Below, piece by piece: positions 36,638 through 50,149 of a DNA stretch of 64,000 nt. Under the pieces are notes generated by a model, which made no database searches, had not been told where the DNA came from, and was given only the letters and a program-made list of their open reading frames with translations. The DNA is from Amphiscolops sp. MND2022 (lineage: Eukaryota): NCBI GenBank assembly GCA_964187785.1, contig OZ076409.1:62002001-62066000 (forward strand). The letters are read 5' to 3'. Every line of letters begins with the position of its first letter. Position 1 is the first letter of the stretch. The position numbers were made by a program, and so were the translations under genes.

Positions 36638-36844
36638 CCAACTATTGCAGTCACTCGTTTTTTTGAGACAGACTCGAAGCGACGAAATTTTTGTTCAGTT
36701 TGTTCAACTAAACGAATACCTGGGAAACGCATCTAAGTTGCTAACTTAGATGCATTTCCCAGGTATTCGTTTAGTTGAACAAACTGAACAAAAATTTCGT
36801 TGCTTCGAGTCTGTTTAAAAAAAACGAGTGACTGTAATAGTTGG
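36638..36844. repeat. Near-perfect palindrome, ~102-bp arms, 3-nt loop centred at 36741
   Basis: ccaactattgcagtcactcg...catctaagtt-gct-aacttagatg...cgagtgactgtaatagttgg, with a few mismatches. Confidence 0.92.
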
Positions 36845-37047
36845 GCTTAATAGTATCGCGAAGGGTCCCCCTTTCGCTTTTATTTGAAGTCCCACCACGA
36901 ATTATCCGAAATAAAGCGCTAACGCTTTCGGAATAAAACTTCTGACGATATATCCGAACTATTATGCGTTTAGTATGGAGGGGAAGACGTCCCACGCGTA
37001 TTTTAGAAACTGTGCTTTTTAGGCCTTAGATATAGCGTTGACATAAG

Positions 37048-37597
37048 TGTAATGACTATGGCCTGCAGTGTCCCTTAGATCACATGCAGACTGCGAGTCC
37101 TTCTTTGCAAATTTTGATTTGAAACCGGATGAACATTCCCTATGTTCCTGACTATTTGGCGATATGCTAGCCTCGGTGTCCCTATTCCCTGAAGAGGACA
37201 TAGAACTTACAATGTTCTGGATTTCGGGAATGACTCTCTCAGTCATAGCATTGTTGATGGGTCTACTTATCTGACTATGCATCATACACATCATTGCGTC
37301 CATTTCCTGAGATAATCTGAGATTAAACTCATTTGAAAAGGTCTCAAAGGATTGTCTAACATCGTCTTGCCTAGTGGGGTTATTTTCATAAGTAAAACTA
37401 GCAAAATGGTTCTCCAAATGCGTGTTTGACTCTACATCTCCTTGTACTGACGATTGTTCAATAGCATCGGCTAATTCTCTTTCTATGGGATTGTCATTCC
37501 CATTCCCTAACATCTCGTCCATTTTCTCTATATCGGACAACATGTCCATTTCTCGTGACTTTCTAGCTTTCGGTTTCTGACGTCTGGTAGAATGCAT
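37048..37597 (-). CDS. gag N-terminal segment encoded inside the LTR (183 codons, MHSTRRQK...GHSHY)
   Basis: Open frame up to the LTR end. At the 5' LTR the next codon is ATG at 51169, which opens the gag ORF 51169-50504. Confidence 0.7.
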
Positions 37598-38594
37598 AAG
37601 AGATTATTGCAAGAGGTAAGAATTTGAATTTGGTTCTTTAGGCTTGCAAACAACATTTTATTCGGGCATTTACAACGAACTGATTGTGACTGGTCTAAGA
37701 CAATTCATATCCCCGGGACCACGGGTCCCGGTTATTTATAATTAACCTAGCATGACATTCAAATTATTAGGAGTTATCAATCTAATTTTAGCAACGATTT
37801 TCTAAAAATAACTGTAAAGGACTGCGTGTCCTTACAAGTGTAATGATAACATTCTAAAAATAGCAACTATCTCGACGTATTTATTATACACACTTACATA
37901 TGCATATATATGTATATAACAACTACGTCACTGGTTGTTCATGTGGTCTTATAGGTCGTTCAATTGACTTTCATCAGGCAACAATACATGTACATCAACT
38001 TGTATTCATTTACATGTAACAAATATGTATGAGGGTGGCATTTAGACACATGGTCCATAATTCATGGCTTTTCAATATATAAACTGCCCATTTTGTTCTT
38101 CATTGAGGAAAGTTTGGAAACAAAAAGGGGGGAAAGGACTGGGAGTCCCATATGATCTCAAAGATGAACTTTAATCAAAGTACAAGCGTCTTCACTGAGA
38201 CAATTTACTATTGGTCTTAATGGCCGTGTTACTTTATTAATCACTCACTGAATGTAGCACTTCTTTCAAAGTGAACCGGTGGTCCAATCGTCATAGCAAC
38301 GACGGTAATAAATACTGCACAATATGGTACTGGATTGCAAGTATGCTGCGCTCTGATTGGTTAATATTCTCGCGGACTGCTAGTCCAAGGCGACAAGCAA
38401 AGGAACATTTGAACACGTTTCCTTTGCCTGTACGCCTTGGTGTCCAATTATTAACTCTTATTAAAAGCGTATTGCATTTTTACATGTGTACAATAGTAAA
38501 ATGGACTAAGAGTACTAATTTTACAAGTGATCCGAATAATAATATTGAACATCAATTTAACAACATAAAATAGTGAAACTGCTAAAAAATAGTT

Positions 38595-39427
38595 TTAGTT
38601 TAAGAGGAGAGTACCGGGAAGTTCTTGATGGCAGCTATAACTTATAGTGTAGTAGTTTCCATCGCAGGCGGCAGTCCGCGACACTCCCCCTGGCATGAGA
38701 AGAAATGTCCCAGCAGTCATTCCGTCTAGGAACGCTCTCTTTCTCGCTTGTTGTTCTGCTAGGGTCTCTCCGACATTAACTGTCTTGTCGAGGTAATCAT
38801 TAACGGTTTCCTCTCTTATTTGTGCAGTCGGTTCCCCGCAGATTACACAGTCCGAGTACGCAGTTTGGGCTACACTCCCCCCGAGCTCTAGGTCGTTAAA
38901 GTGACTCGCCATTGATTCTACCGTAGGCGCGTCTGATGCGTACACACTGCTGGATGTAGATACGGGATAATACTGCCCTCTATCTGCATCTGGAGGTGAC
39001 GACGGCGTGTCGACTTGGGGAATTAAGTTGCTGCGTCATAGGTTTATCGGATGGTTGCGTTTGATTCTACCATCCGCGTTAAGGGGCCCATTGCCTCTCC
39101 CGAGACTAAAGTACGTCTGGTCGAAAGTCGGAAAAGGGGGCATATTTGGTCTCTTTGGCTCACTAAACTTGCGTGATGTAGAAGGGAGGGCATCAGGAAT
39201 TGCGATTGGCTCAGACATTTGTGCAAGGCCATCATGCTCACTTCTTCCGATTCGTCTTCCGAAGAGGACAAGAGGTCGTAGAAAGAAGAGAAACTCTTGC
39301 ACTCCATAGCCTCATCTTCGTCGCTAGATATATACATCAAACCTTCACCTGGGGCTGCTCCTTGGAAATCTTCCGGGTATAAACGCTCGGTTTCTTCGTC
39401 TTGTAGTTGAGATGAAAGTTTGTCCAT
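38595..39427 (-). pseudogene. LTR(U3)-encoded accessory ORF, frameshifted (ORFs 39427-39044 and 38945-38595)
   Basis: CVICGEPTAQIREE...RKRAFLDGM.AGTFLLMPGGVSRTAACDGNYY is homologous to 32665-32973; acidic N-terminal part. Confidence 0.7.
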
Positions 39428-40639
39428 TTCGTGTCTCTTTTTGAATATCTTCTTCGCTTCTTTGGAAAGTGATGAATTGCGTTCTGATTTTTTTATCTCG
39501 ATGAAGGCAGCTGATTTCTAGGAGTGAAATTGAGAAAATGGCGGTTTTAGTTTTTATGGACCATGAGTCTCTTCGTTTCTCTTTTCCCGGAGTTTAACAC
39601 TTCCCGATAGGTGAATTCTCGATAACAAAATCCCATCTCCCAAGTTCTTTTGTCAATCCGCCAGTTTGCTTTGTAATCGCTGATAACGGCTTTATTGATT
39701 ATCATCAACTAAGGTAACACTTCCAAGTTAAGAGTGTTGCATCAAGTGTTTATTAACACTCATCCGGTACTTGAGAGTTTCAAGTAGGTGTTGATGCGGC
39801 AGCTAGCCACGCCGTCCATCACCAATCGGATCAACCAATAGGAATTCAGCAAAATTCCTTCAAAGTTAGAATGTCCTCCCAAGGTCGTAAATCCATATAA
39901 GGAATAATAATAAATGAATTTGAAAATAAATAAAATAATGATAAAATCATGAAATAATTCTCAAAATAACAAAGTTTTCGAAACAAAAGAAATGATGTAG
40001 ATACCGCTAGCAGACTTTATCCACATAAGGTCGTAAACTGTAAATAACAACAAATTTGACACCAAACTGTATAGCCACGAACTCCAATCTTGACATCTTG
40101 TCACATCGTCTATTCATCTTTTCAATTCCTTATTTTCAATTCCACCACTTTTATTCTTCTTTTCTCCAGTATTTAATCACATCGTATTTATTCGTCTTGT
40201 ATTTATTCAATAGTTAGTCTTTGATTCACTTGTATTTATATATTTTCATTTCATCTTCTTCCCGTCTTTATCCCGGGACTCAGCGTCCATTTGCCCTTTC
40301 TCCTGTGGATGCTTCGGATTTCATCGGATAGTCGACATTCAGTCCCTTTCTTGGCAGTTCCGCCCAGCCCACGAGTACATTCCATTGTTAGACGATTGCT
40401 CACAGATATCCCTACTTCAGCTTTCAACTAGGTTAGTAGGCCACAAGGGTTTTCTTTTGATTCCAATTGTGAGTTAATTTGAGACTTGATCAGAGTTCTC
40501 ATTTCATTCACCTACTTCCTGTCCAATAACACAAGCTTTCACTTGAGTTCAGATTATCTACTTCCGGAAGATTTTGAGTGCGGTAATGGATTTGTATTCA
40601 GGAAGGTTCCCGCTTGATTTCGTTACCTTGTGTTTAGAC

Positions 40640-43600
40640 ATGTCGACTGAAGAATTGAATGACGTTGCTCCAAGCCGACCTAATGAAACTTCGGTGGGAA
40701 TGCAGCTTGAGCCAGCCGGTACTCTGATCCCTACTCCCCAAACCGCCCTCGAACTGACTCCTAATGAGAAAACTGGGGAAACGAGCCACACTCCCACATC
40801 GGCATCTAGCAGCTCAGCCGCTGAGAGTTTTTCCGCTTATGCAGAAAGGACCGTGGAAGCCATGCTTTCTCGAGAGGGGCCTTCTTCTAATCCCAAGGAC
40901 TTACATGATTCTGCCCAATTTCCAGATTCGGTAGGGCCTCAGCTTAAATCCTCCTCTGTATCCGAGAAGGTCATGGTAAATCCACAAAAGGAGACAATCA
41001 AAGAACAAGCTGGACAGAAAGGGAAGGCTAATCAAGATTCTGAGGAAGAACAGAAGAACAGAGATGTAATCAAACCGGCCTGGACAGGGCTAGGTGATCC
41101 GGCTGAATATTTCACTTGTACCAGCGAGCTTGAAGATCTTATGGGGTCACAGGACCTGTTGTCTCGTGGAATAAAAAAGGGCCGGTCTTTGTCCAGGTTC
41201 CTGCGCAGGGTAAGGAGAGTTCCAGTGACAATGAATCTGCTGAAATACCAACGGAATGTGACCCAGAACCTTCACAAGGACCTCGCTGAATGTCAGTGAG
41301 TGGGCGTACCCTATTGCGAAGGTACTTTTGCGAGAAGGACCCCATTAAATTGCCCCGGGGACATCATAAAATCATCCTTACGGAAGACCAGATGCACACA
41401 GTGTTGAAGACAATCTCGGACGAAACCATCTTGTCGTCTTTCCACCTTATGAAGTCTTTGCTTTTGCAAGCTACTTCAGGCAAAGTCTTGACCAAGGAGC
41501 GATGTCGACACGTGAGCCGTTCGTCACATCCCGTCACTGGCCACTCAAGCAGTTCCGGAGATGAATCAACTGACGTCGGTTCGAATAGTGGAGGCTATAC
41601 TAGTGGCGCCTTCAATACTGACAATGAGCCTGGGAGTTTGTCGTTCTGTCTGGACCAAGACGGAGTTCATTTACGAGGAGGAACTGAAGATTTAGCTGCT
41701 CAACATGCTGAGACTTCCTGTCCCAATCAGCCTCAAGAGACTGCTCCAAACCCAGGTAGTGGATATAGTCTAGGAGACTATGCCCCTTTGTCCACCTTGG
41801 TTTCTAAATCAGGGAAAGTTTCCGCTACCAAGAGTCCTCCCAAGACGCGGCGGAGATACGAGGGACGCCCTGGTAAGGCCATGAAGGAGGCGTACTTTAA
41901 GGGCATTCAATGGACGAAAATTGTCGTAACCGGACCCTTAGACCCTGCACACAACCAGTATAAGTTCTACTGCAGGATTTGCATGACCAACGTGTCAATT
42001 GGTTCAAAAGAGGCGGGAGAGATAGTGCGGCATTATCAGACGGAAACACATTTAAGGAAGGATCAACTGTGGCGATACACGCACCTTAGCCGCAAAAACC
42101 ACGTTACTGGACTAGTCACTCATCAGGTCCGTGGGAAGAATGGTGTCCTGCTGACTCCCCTTGAGCTGGAGAATGAGAAAGTGCTCTTCGAAGGCGCACT
42201 GTTAGTCGACCTTGGAAGCGAGTTCCCCTTTTATGAGGACTACCTTGCCCGACAGGATGGCCGGAAGACCAGTGGGAATGCTCGAGATAGTACCCAAATT
42301 GCATTGGTCGCAGCCATGGTTCCCCTTAGTGGTGACATAGAATTACTACGCACACTCTGGACCCAAGTCGGGGAGCAGATGGACTACCAGGAAGCCTTTG
42401 CTCCTCTTGATTGGAGTCCTACACGTCTCACGGTAAGTCCTTACTTGGATCTGTTTGTAAACCGGTCCTTAATGGGTGATACATCTCCTTTTGTTTAGGC
42501 AGTGTTTCATCACATATTCATCTGTGCCATCGAGGACGTGTCCTCCAGCATATCTACTAGCGACATGTACTCTTTAGAGTTTGAGACCACCGGACGCTTC
42601 CGTACCCTGTCAGTCCGGATTTGGAAACGTGAAACTTTGGTGCGGGTGCAATTGTACCGATGCCTCATATCTCTTGGGATCCCCGCAAGCTACTTCGCCG
42701 GGGCATCTCGGCTACTTTATGTTGCATCTTCCAGCCCCAAGCTTGTCAGTGTGTCGGGATGTCCAGCTTCCGTATTGCAGGCCTTTGATGATTGTGAGTT
42801 GTTCGTCTACGGAGTACAGTACCCTTTCCGGTTCGACGCCTTCTCTTTACCAACTCTCATGCATCAGTCGGACGCAAACGTCTTCGGGACCATAGATTCC
42901 ACTCGCAGCTGAAATACTTGATCATGAGCTTCAGTGGCGTCCTCGTTCGCGCGTGGATTACACAAGCGCCTGCATTGGCTAAGGTCAGTATTTTCTCTTC
43001 TGGAGGTTGTAGACCCGTATGGCCTCAGTCTTCATGTCTTTTAGGCAATTGAGTCCTGCAAGTTGGAAGTTGTGAACAATCCGGCCATCTGTTCTGAGTT
43101 GATTGTCCACTGGCAGGCCGTCTTGGATTACCTTACTAGAACAGCGCCATCAATTGCCAATCAAGGAGTGCTAGATTCGGTAAGGCTTGTGTTTTCATCA
43201 TCCCGTTACTTTGTCCTTAGACTATCAACTTCTAGGAGTTGTTGGGATTGGAATGTCTTGCTGACGTCACTTGATTTTGTTCTAGTCACAAAGTCTGGAA
43301 TGAACTATTATTGCTGATGACCTGTTTCCAGTCAAGTTGGAGTTCTTTGGGCGATTGGTCCGAGATTTTAAGTAATTCCTCATTCTTATAATTTAGGGAG
43401 AGTTAAATATTACCTGATTCTTAGTGCAGTTGTACAAAACTAAGTTTATGTCCAAGGTCCACATCAAGTCGGTTTGAATCAAATCAAGTTGTATTCTACT
43501 TCACAGGGGTTTTCTCTATTTAGATACCAAGTGCTTCAGCCGGAACCTCATGAGACGGCGTGATTCTGGCTTTTTCACCTTTGGCGAATTGTAACGCTAC

Positions 43601-44679
43601 ATTCGCAAGCTGTATAGTCGAGCCATCCTGCCAAAACATACTCCTGCAGATACTGATTGGTCTGGCCTCTTGCAGCTTCCCCTAAATGAGTGCCGAGAGT
43701 TATCTTCCCGGGAATTCCTCAGTCGTCTCAAACTAAAATTCGACCTGGAAGGGGCTTCTCGGGCTAAGGCACGAAAACAGAACAGTGGCAAGAAGAATCT
43801 AAACACCATCATCGATGGGTTAGCGGAAACCGCGAGAGATAATTTCGCCACTCAAGCTCGCAGTTATGTGGTATTCCTTTTGGACTCCCTACTCAAGGAC
43901 ATCAGACTGACCGCTGGTAAAGTTCGAGGGATGGCAAGTTTCGACCTTACTGTCCTGTTAACTCAACCCATGGAGCAGGCTTTGTTCTGTTTCCGAGCTC
44001 TATACCACAGTTTCCAACTCCGTGGTTGGATGTTGGCAGCAGATGAAACTGAGAACCGAGAGGAGTATGTCGAATTCAACGATCATTTCCGAAATTTCTG
44101 TGGAAGCTTCCGGACTCCCGAATTGGTCACGGACGTCGTGGACTTATTGATGCCGATGCCCGCTATGCGTAGCAGGCCCAGGTTGCTTCATATCTTTAAA
44201 CTCAGTTGTCTTTGTTTGACTGAGAGTAGCGTTGGCCTGCCTTCAATTCAGTTCCAAGGAGTAGATACCTCAGATCCCGATTGTCGTTTATCGAGCATTT
44301 TGTTGCCAGCCTAATCATATTTGTCAACAGTGTCACTGTGGATTCTTGTGTGACCGAAGCAGCATTGGCTAAGTTCCACGAGCTTGAGACACGTCTCGAT
44401 TCCGGGAATGTTCCTGGAGATCCTTGGACTCATGTCGATTTATTTCCCGGCCAAGGGAAATTCTTCAAGACACTCATAACAGCTTTCAAGTCGCAGACTA
44501 CTGATGTTAGTCCAATAAAGTTTGTTCGCAGTCGTTCCTCTTCTGTCGTCAACTCAGAGTCTGGAGCCGCTTTCCCTTCGCCTGGGAAAACCGCTAAATC
44601 AGCCCACGAGGGAGTCATCCCGACCTCCGAGGTCACTAAGGCCGTAAGGGAATTGCAAGAAGGATCTTCCAATCAATAA
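40640..44679 (+). pseudogene. Multi-exon zinc-finger, hAT-transposase-like gene, antisense to the host Gypsy; disrupted in this copy
   Basis: Long ORFs at 40574-41299, 41290-42498, 42502-42912, 43063-43317, 43670-44314 and 44281-44679. C-x2-C-x16-H-x5-H finger at 41971-42051. GT-AG introns at 42433-42498 and 42984-43044, and probably 43180-43235. AATAAA at 44675. The transposase relationship is inferred from motif spacing only. Confidence 0.7.
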
Positions 44680-44833
44680 ATGTACATAGAGTACATTTGT
44701 CTTTAGTCTGTCTTCAGGTATTTATAGTAGACTGACCTGGTCTATTTGTATATATAACGAAAGCCAGTATTAGTCCCAGTAAAATTCATTTGTTAGTCCA
44801 CGAGACTATCGGGACATTAATTTATATTTCTGG

Positions 44834-47800
44834 CTAGTATATGTATTCATCAGAAAAGTTGGGGTTGGGGTTAGATCGAAGATTATATTTCCCTCCTCTA
44901 GGGCTAGAATTTTCCTCAGAATTTTTATTTTCCGATATTCCGGGCACGGTAATATCTGCGCCTCCATTTGAAGCAATTTTTGTGCTTTCTAAATCATTAG
45001 TGACGTCATTTTCATCTTCTGTCCTCATAGGCGATTCATTTAGGGAGGACGGTACGTCTCGGCTGGTGGCCGATCTCGGCCTTATTCTATTCTCGTTTGC
45101 GTCACTTTCATCATTTTTTGTCTCAATTGGCGTTTCGCTCAGCGGGGACGGCGCATCTTGTGTAGTGGCCGATCTCGGCTGTATTTTGTTTTCAATGACG
45201 TCATTTTCATTCTTTTCGCTGCTGCTGAATTCGTCATTGTTCGTGTTGCTGCGTTCATCTTCGGTGACGTAATATTCTACTTCGCCGCTCACGGCGTCAT
45301 TCGGTAGGCGTGTGGCCGTGTCCGGCCAATCATTTTTTCTCGGCTCAAATAGCTCGTACTCAAAGTCTGCTTCCCATGAAATGCTGTATAAATCACTTTG
45401 CGGTATTATTTTTGATTCGTCAGGCTGTTATTTCTCTTCTTTGTATTCGTCCTCTAGCGGGGCATTTGGAACAAGTTTTCTGAGCCTGATCCGGTGTAAG
45501 ATCTGCGTCTTGTTCGTATTTAAACGACGCACTATATAGATGTTGTTTGGTAAGACTTTTTGAACAACAAAAGGACCAGTCCACCTGAAGTCTCTAAACG
45601 GTATTTTAGAGCCTTGACTAACCGCTTTCGGTTGAAGAACAAAACAATAGTCCTTTTCTTGTAGCGGGGCCGCCTTGGCTTTTCGGTCGTAGTATTCTTT
45701 ATACTTTAAATAAGACTGCATAATATTCTTTCTCGTCTGATCGATGAGGATTTGCGTCTTCTGCTGCAATTCTTCTCCAAATTCAGTTGTCGGTACGAAA
45801 TTTTTTCAGGGTTATTTCCCAATTTATGATTAAGGACATTGTAGGGAATTCGGCCATGGAAAACTTTGCTAGGCTCACAACCAAAACTAGAATGATAAGT
45901 AGTGTTATAGTTGAGCACAGCTAGTGGTAAAAGTTTGTGCCATTGGCATTCCCTGAGGCCACCTTCAGATTGGTCTTTAGAGAGGCGTGTGTCCTTTCTA
46001 GTTTACCAATAGTTTGCGGGTGTTTTGTGGTAGCACATTTTAACGTTATTCCCAATATTGCAGTTATTTCTTCTAAAATTTTTGAGGTAAATGCGGACCC
46101 TTTGTCTGTGATGAGAGTTGTCGGAAAATTTGAATGTTTCGTTATGATATCAATTATCACTTTGGCCACGTTTGCTGCTGTTGCCTCAATTAGCAGGTAG
46201 GCGAATAAATATCTTGAGAATACACCTATTGCTGTCATCACTGGTATCCGCCGCTAGTCGGTAAATTTGGTAACAGGTCAATTTGCATGGCGGCATCTTC
46301 TGGGCCGAGGTCCCATTCGGGCAAATTCAATAATTCCGGAGTGATTACCATCTTAGATACCCTTTTGTCCTTGGCACATGTTTCACAGCCTTCTACCAAT
46401 TTTTTGACGTGTTTTGCAATTCCGGGGTGGTAGTATTTTTGGCGAATTTCCTGTAGCATTTTAGAAATGCCTGGATGCCTGGGTGTCGATGTGCCGTGCC
46501 ATGTTTTGCTTGTAATAATTCTTTAAGTAAATGCTTTGGTAATAAGATTTGATGATATTTGACCTTTCCGGTTTCGTCATAATACTGGCGTGTCACTATT
46601 TCGTCCTTGAGGACTATTCGGCCTATATTGTTCGAATAGTACTTGTACCGAATATCCTGTTGAAGGATTTCTTCAGAGTATTCTTCTTTTTGAAGTTTCG
46701 CTTTCAGTTGGAGCAAAATCGGGTCTTTAGAATGTTCTAGTAGTATCTGGTTGGTTCGTTGCAATTTCTGAGTGAAATTGGTAATTTCTTTTACAATGTT
46801 CTCTGATATTGCATCAATTTGAATTACTGTCTCAGGGACCATACGTCCCTTTTTGGTTTGTTTTTTTTCGTTCCCAAATCTGTTCTTCGGTTTCGTTGTC
46901 TTCTTCAGTGACGAAGACTTGCTCTTCTTCAGACACTCCGGCTGATTGGACATTGACCTCGATCGGTCTAGTTTCCACATCCGCTCGTATTTTTAGGACT
47001 AACTTTCAGTAAGGTCCAGTTCCATGCGGGACAAGTAGTCTGCCGCTGTATTGTTTTTGCCTGGAATTTGAGCTATTATGAAGTTGAATTGGATGACAAA
47101 ATCACAAGCATTCCAGAGCGGCGGAGGGATTATTTTCGTCTGAAAGAACCTCGTGACCGATTTATTATCTGTGAGAATAATCACGGGTTGAGGTGTTCCC
47201 CAGAAGATGTGTCCAAATTCCTTAATTGCGTAATATATAGCTAGGAATTCCTTTGCATATATTGACATTTTGAGCTGAGAGGGAGTAAAAGTTATGGATC
47301 CGTATGCAATTGGGGCATAGGACTTTTTGACAGAAGTGTATTTTTGATTTGGCTCGTCTTCAGTCAGTCTGGCGTAACCGGCTGCTGTGAAACTTGCATC
47401 AGTCAAGAGGACCAGTTGTTTGTTGGGCAGAGGTTGTTTCAACGCTAATTGACTGCATCTGTCTAAGTCTCGGCTGATCTCATTAAATTGTTAAACTAGC
47501 TCTTGAGTCACTAGGACCTTTTCGTCTTTTTTGAGTAAATGGAAGAAAGGAACTAGTTTTTCGGATAATCGTGGTGTATAATTCCTGTAATAGTTGAGGA
47601 AACCAAGATAGCGTTGTAGGGCCTTCTTGGACTTTGGGATATTCGTCTTTTCCAAGAAGTTAGTGATTCTTTCTTTTTGGGGTTTTACACCTTCAGGGGT
47701 AATGGTTCTACCAAGAAAGTCGATTTCGGTAGCGCCAAAGTGGCATTTGTGCATGGACAATTTCAACCCCGTTTCTCTAATACATTGGAATGTTGCTCTT

Positions 47801-49561
47801 ATGTTGGAGATGAGTTGGTTGGCGTCTATCGCCGCAACACCAATATCGTCTACATATTGGGCGCATTGATTGGCTTTGATAACACGATCCAGGTAATCTC
47901 TCATAAAACTGGATAAGGCCGACAGGGCTCGACTGAAACCCTGAGCCAATCTCCTGTATGCAAATGTCCTGCTGGCGAAGTTAAAAGCCAGCATTTCAAT
48001 GAATTTCTGGTCTGCCATGGGGAGACAGTGGTAAGCTTGTGAACAGTCTAGTTTACAAAAAAGTTTTTGCCGGCCATGTGTTGCGCAGCTTCCGTTAAGG
48101 TGCGGAGTGGGTGGTTGTTATTAACGTAATCATCTGAAATCAGATTAAAGAATTTTTCTCAAATCCACCAACAGTCTCAGTTTTCCATTGGGTTTTTTCT
48201 GCGCAAGAATTGGACTGGCGTACTTTGAGAATGGTAATGTCGTTATAATTCCATAGTTGTGAAGCAGCGCCAGTTCGACCAATATGTCCTCTTTGAGGTT
48301 GACCGGAGTAGGTAGACTCTGACTGTAAGCAGGCGATTCGTCCTTTGGGGTCAGTTTGACTGTAAAATCCTCATTGACGCCAATGTCAAATCTATGTCGA
48401 GCGAAAATGTCATGGAATTCTACTGATAGGGTTTCTATTTGTCTGATCTCATGTTGTTGTAACATTGAGTCCTTCCAATCAAAGTTCCTGAGGAATTTGC
48501 GGCGGGATTCCGCATCATCATGCGGGTTGAGTTGTTCTAAATCTTGCAAGTTTCGTAATTCCTTGAGAGTTCTTTGTTGTATTGGGGTGTGGTTCATTTC
48601 GTCCCCTGGATTTTCAGGCGTCGGGAACCAATATTGTTCGTATTGGTCGTTATTTTTGTTGGCTTTAAGAAGACTATTAATGTAGTAAATAGCATCTTCT
48701 TCGTTTTCATTCAATAAGTGCCAGGTGGACACTGGGTCTATTTGCCTGACATGTTTCATCTGTTTGGTAGTCATCACTGAGAAATTTGCAATATGCATCC
48801 TTTTCTTGAGTTTGTAGGGTTGATCGGTGAAATTGTTGACGTGTATCCTCATAGCCCCTTCATGTAGTGTGACTATAGCGGCACAGAAGGTTATGTCGCC
48901 TTCTTCATGAAGGAGGTCACTGGGTTGTAGTATACCCGTAACTGCATTTTCTGCATAGACTTGATATTGGATGGGTATGACTGAATGGTCATTTGGTGAA
49001 AGTGTGACATCCTCGGGGTTGAGGATAGGTTCTAGTATATTTGAGTTTTTCAAGTTGCATCGAGAAGTAGGGAAAATTGAGTATACCTTGGCGCATGTCC
49101 AGGACGGTGTGGTTCCTTTGGAGGAACATCAGTCCAATGATGGGGCTAGATAGTTTTTTCATTACAATGAAAATTTCATGGAATTCTATATCCCCCACTT
49201 CAAATTTTAGTTCGACGGTACTCTTCGGGGTTTCTAAGTCTCCATTTGCGACCATTATTTGGAAGAATGGGGCAGGTCCCTCCTTTACTATGTATTGTGG
49301 CGCCAATAAGCGTATTTTCCGGAGGTTTGCCTCTGGTATGGCACTGGAGTGGGCCCCAGTGTCTATTAGGCCGTCAAGGGTTAACTCCCCAAAGTCCATT
49401 GGAAAGTAGAGCATGCGTCGTTTGAATTTAAGCCCAAGGTTTGTTGAAAGGGGAAAATAGGGTGGTTCTCCCTCCTTGGCTACTAAAAGATGCAAAAAGG
49501 CCGTTTGATCTAAGAGGCTGGTAGGGCCCTTGTGGTCTTCCTGTCGTTGGATTGTCTCCAC
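44834..49561 (-). pseudogene. Gypsy pol (PR-RT-RH-INT), multiple frameshifts and stops
   Basis: LIDTGA, KLRLLVDLRK, QYVDDI, RYLGFLNYYR, TDAS, integrase DDE motifs, and a GPF-containing C-terminus. Confidence 0.92.
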
Positions 49562-50149
49562 TTCTGGTGGGGTTGCTTCAAAGTTTGGCTGCCAAAGTTC
49601 GATTAGGGCCCGGGACAGGGTATTGTCTAATATGTCCGGATCGTCCTCATCATCTGTTGGAGGATTGTCTTCATTACGAAACTGTAACTTACTCTTGTCG
49701 TATAACTAATCATCCCAGTACGGGTTTTTGCCATACTCAGGGTCATAGTACTGAGGGTTGTAATCTTCGATAGTTTGTAGAGGTCTGAATTGAGTTTCGG
49801 AGATGTTGTGATTACTACTGCGTCGACATAAGTATGTAAGTATGGGTGATCACTGTGGATAATATAATGGGTTTCTATGCGGGCGTTGTCCATCTGCTGC
49901 TGCCAGACAGTCGATGGAATCCCTGTGGTGACATTTTGAGTTTGTATATAAATAATGTTTGGTGGGTCAGATATGACATACTGTCGTACTGACATCTGGT
50001 TGGACATTTGGAGTCGTGGCGAAGTTAGTTGTTTGAATCAGCTTTACGTGAGTTTGATTGGCCTGAAGATGTAGTTTCAGGGTTAGTTAACTTTTTGGAC
50101 AATTTCTCATCCCCGGAGGTTTCATCGGCTTTATCTTCGGGTCGTGTCC

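Larger units (their letters stand above)
37048..40105 (-). repeat. 3' LTR (~3.06 kb; TGTGACA...ATTACA on the minus strand)
   Basis: TG...CA termini and a purine-rich tract (gaaaaagatgaatagacga on minus) just outside 40105. The 37048 boundary is fixed by the PBS in the other copy; the 40105 boundary is inferred from the PPT and TG only. Confidence 0.72.

Noticed and set aside
40574..44679. env-like third ORF of the Gypsy element
   Set aside because: It is antisense and intron-containing, has a zinc finger, and shows no clear signal peptide or C-terminal transmembrane anchor.
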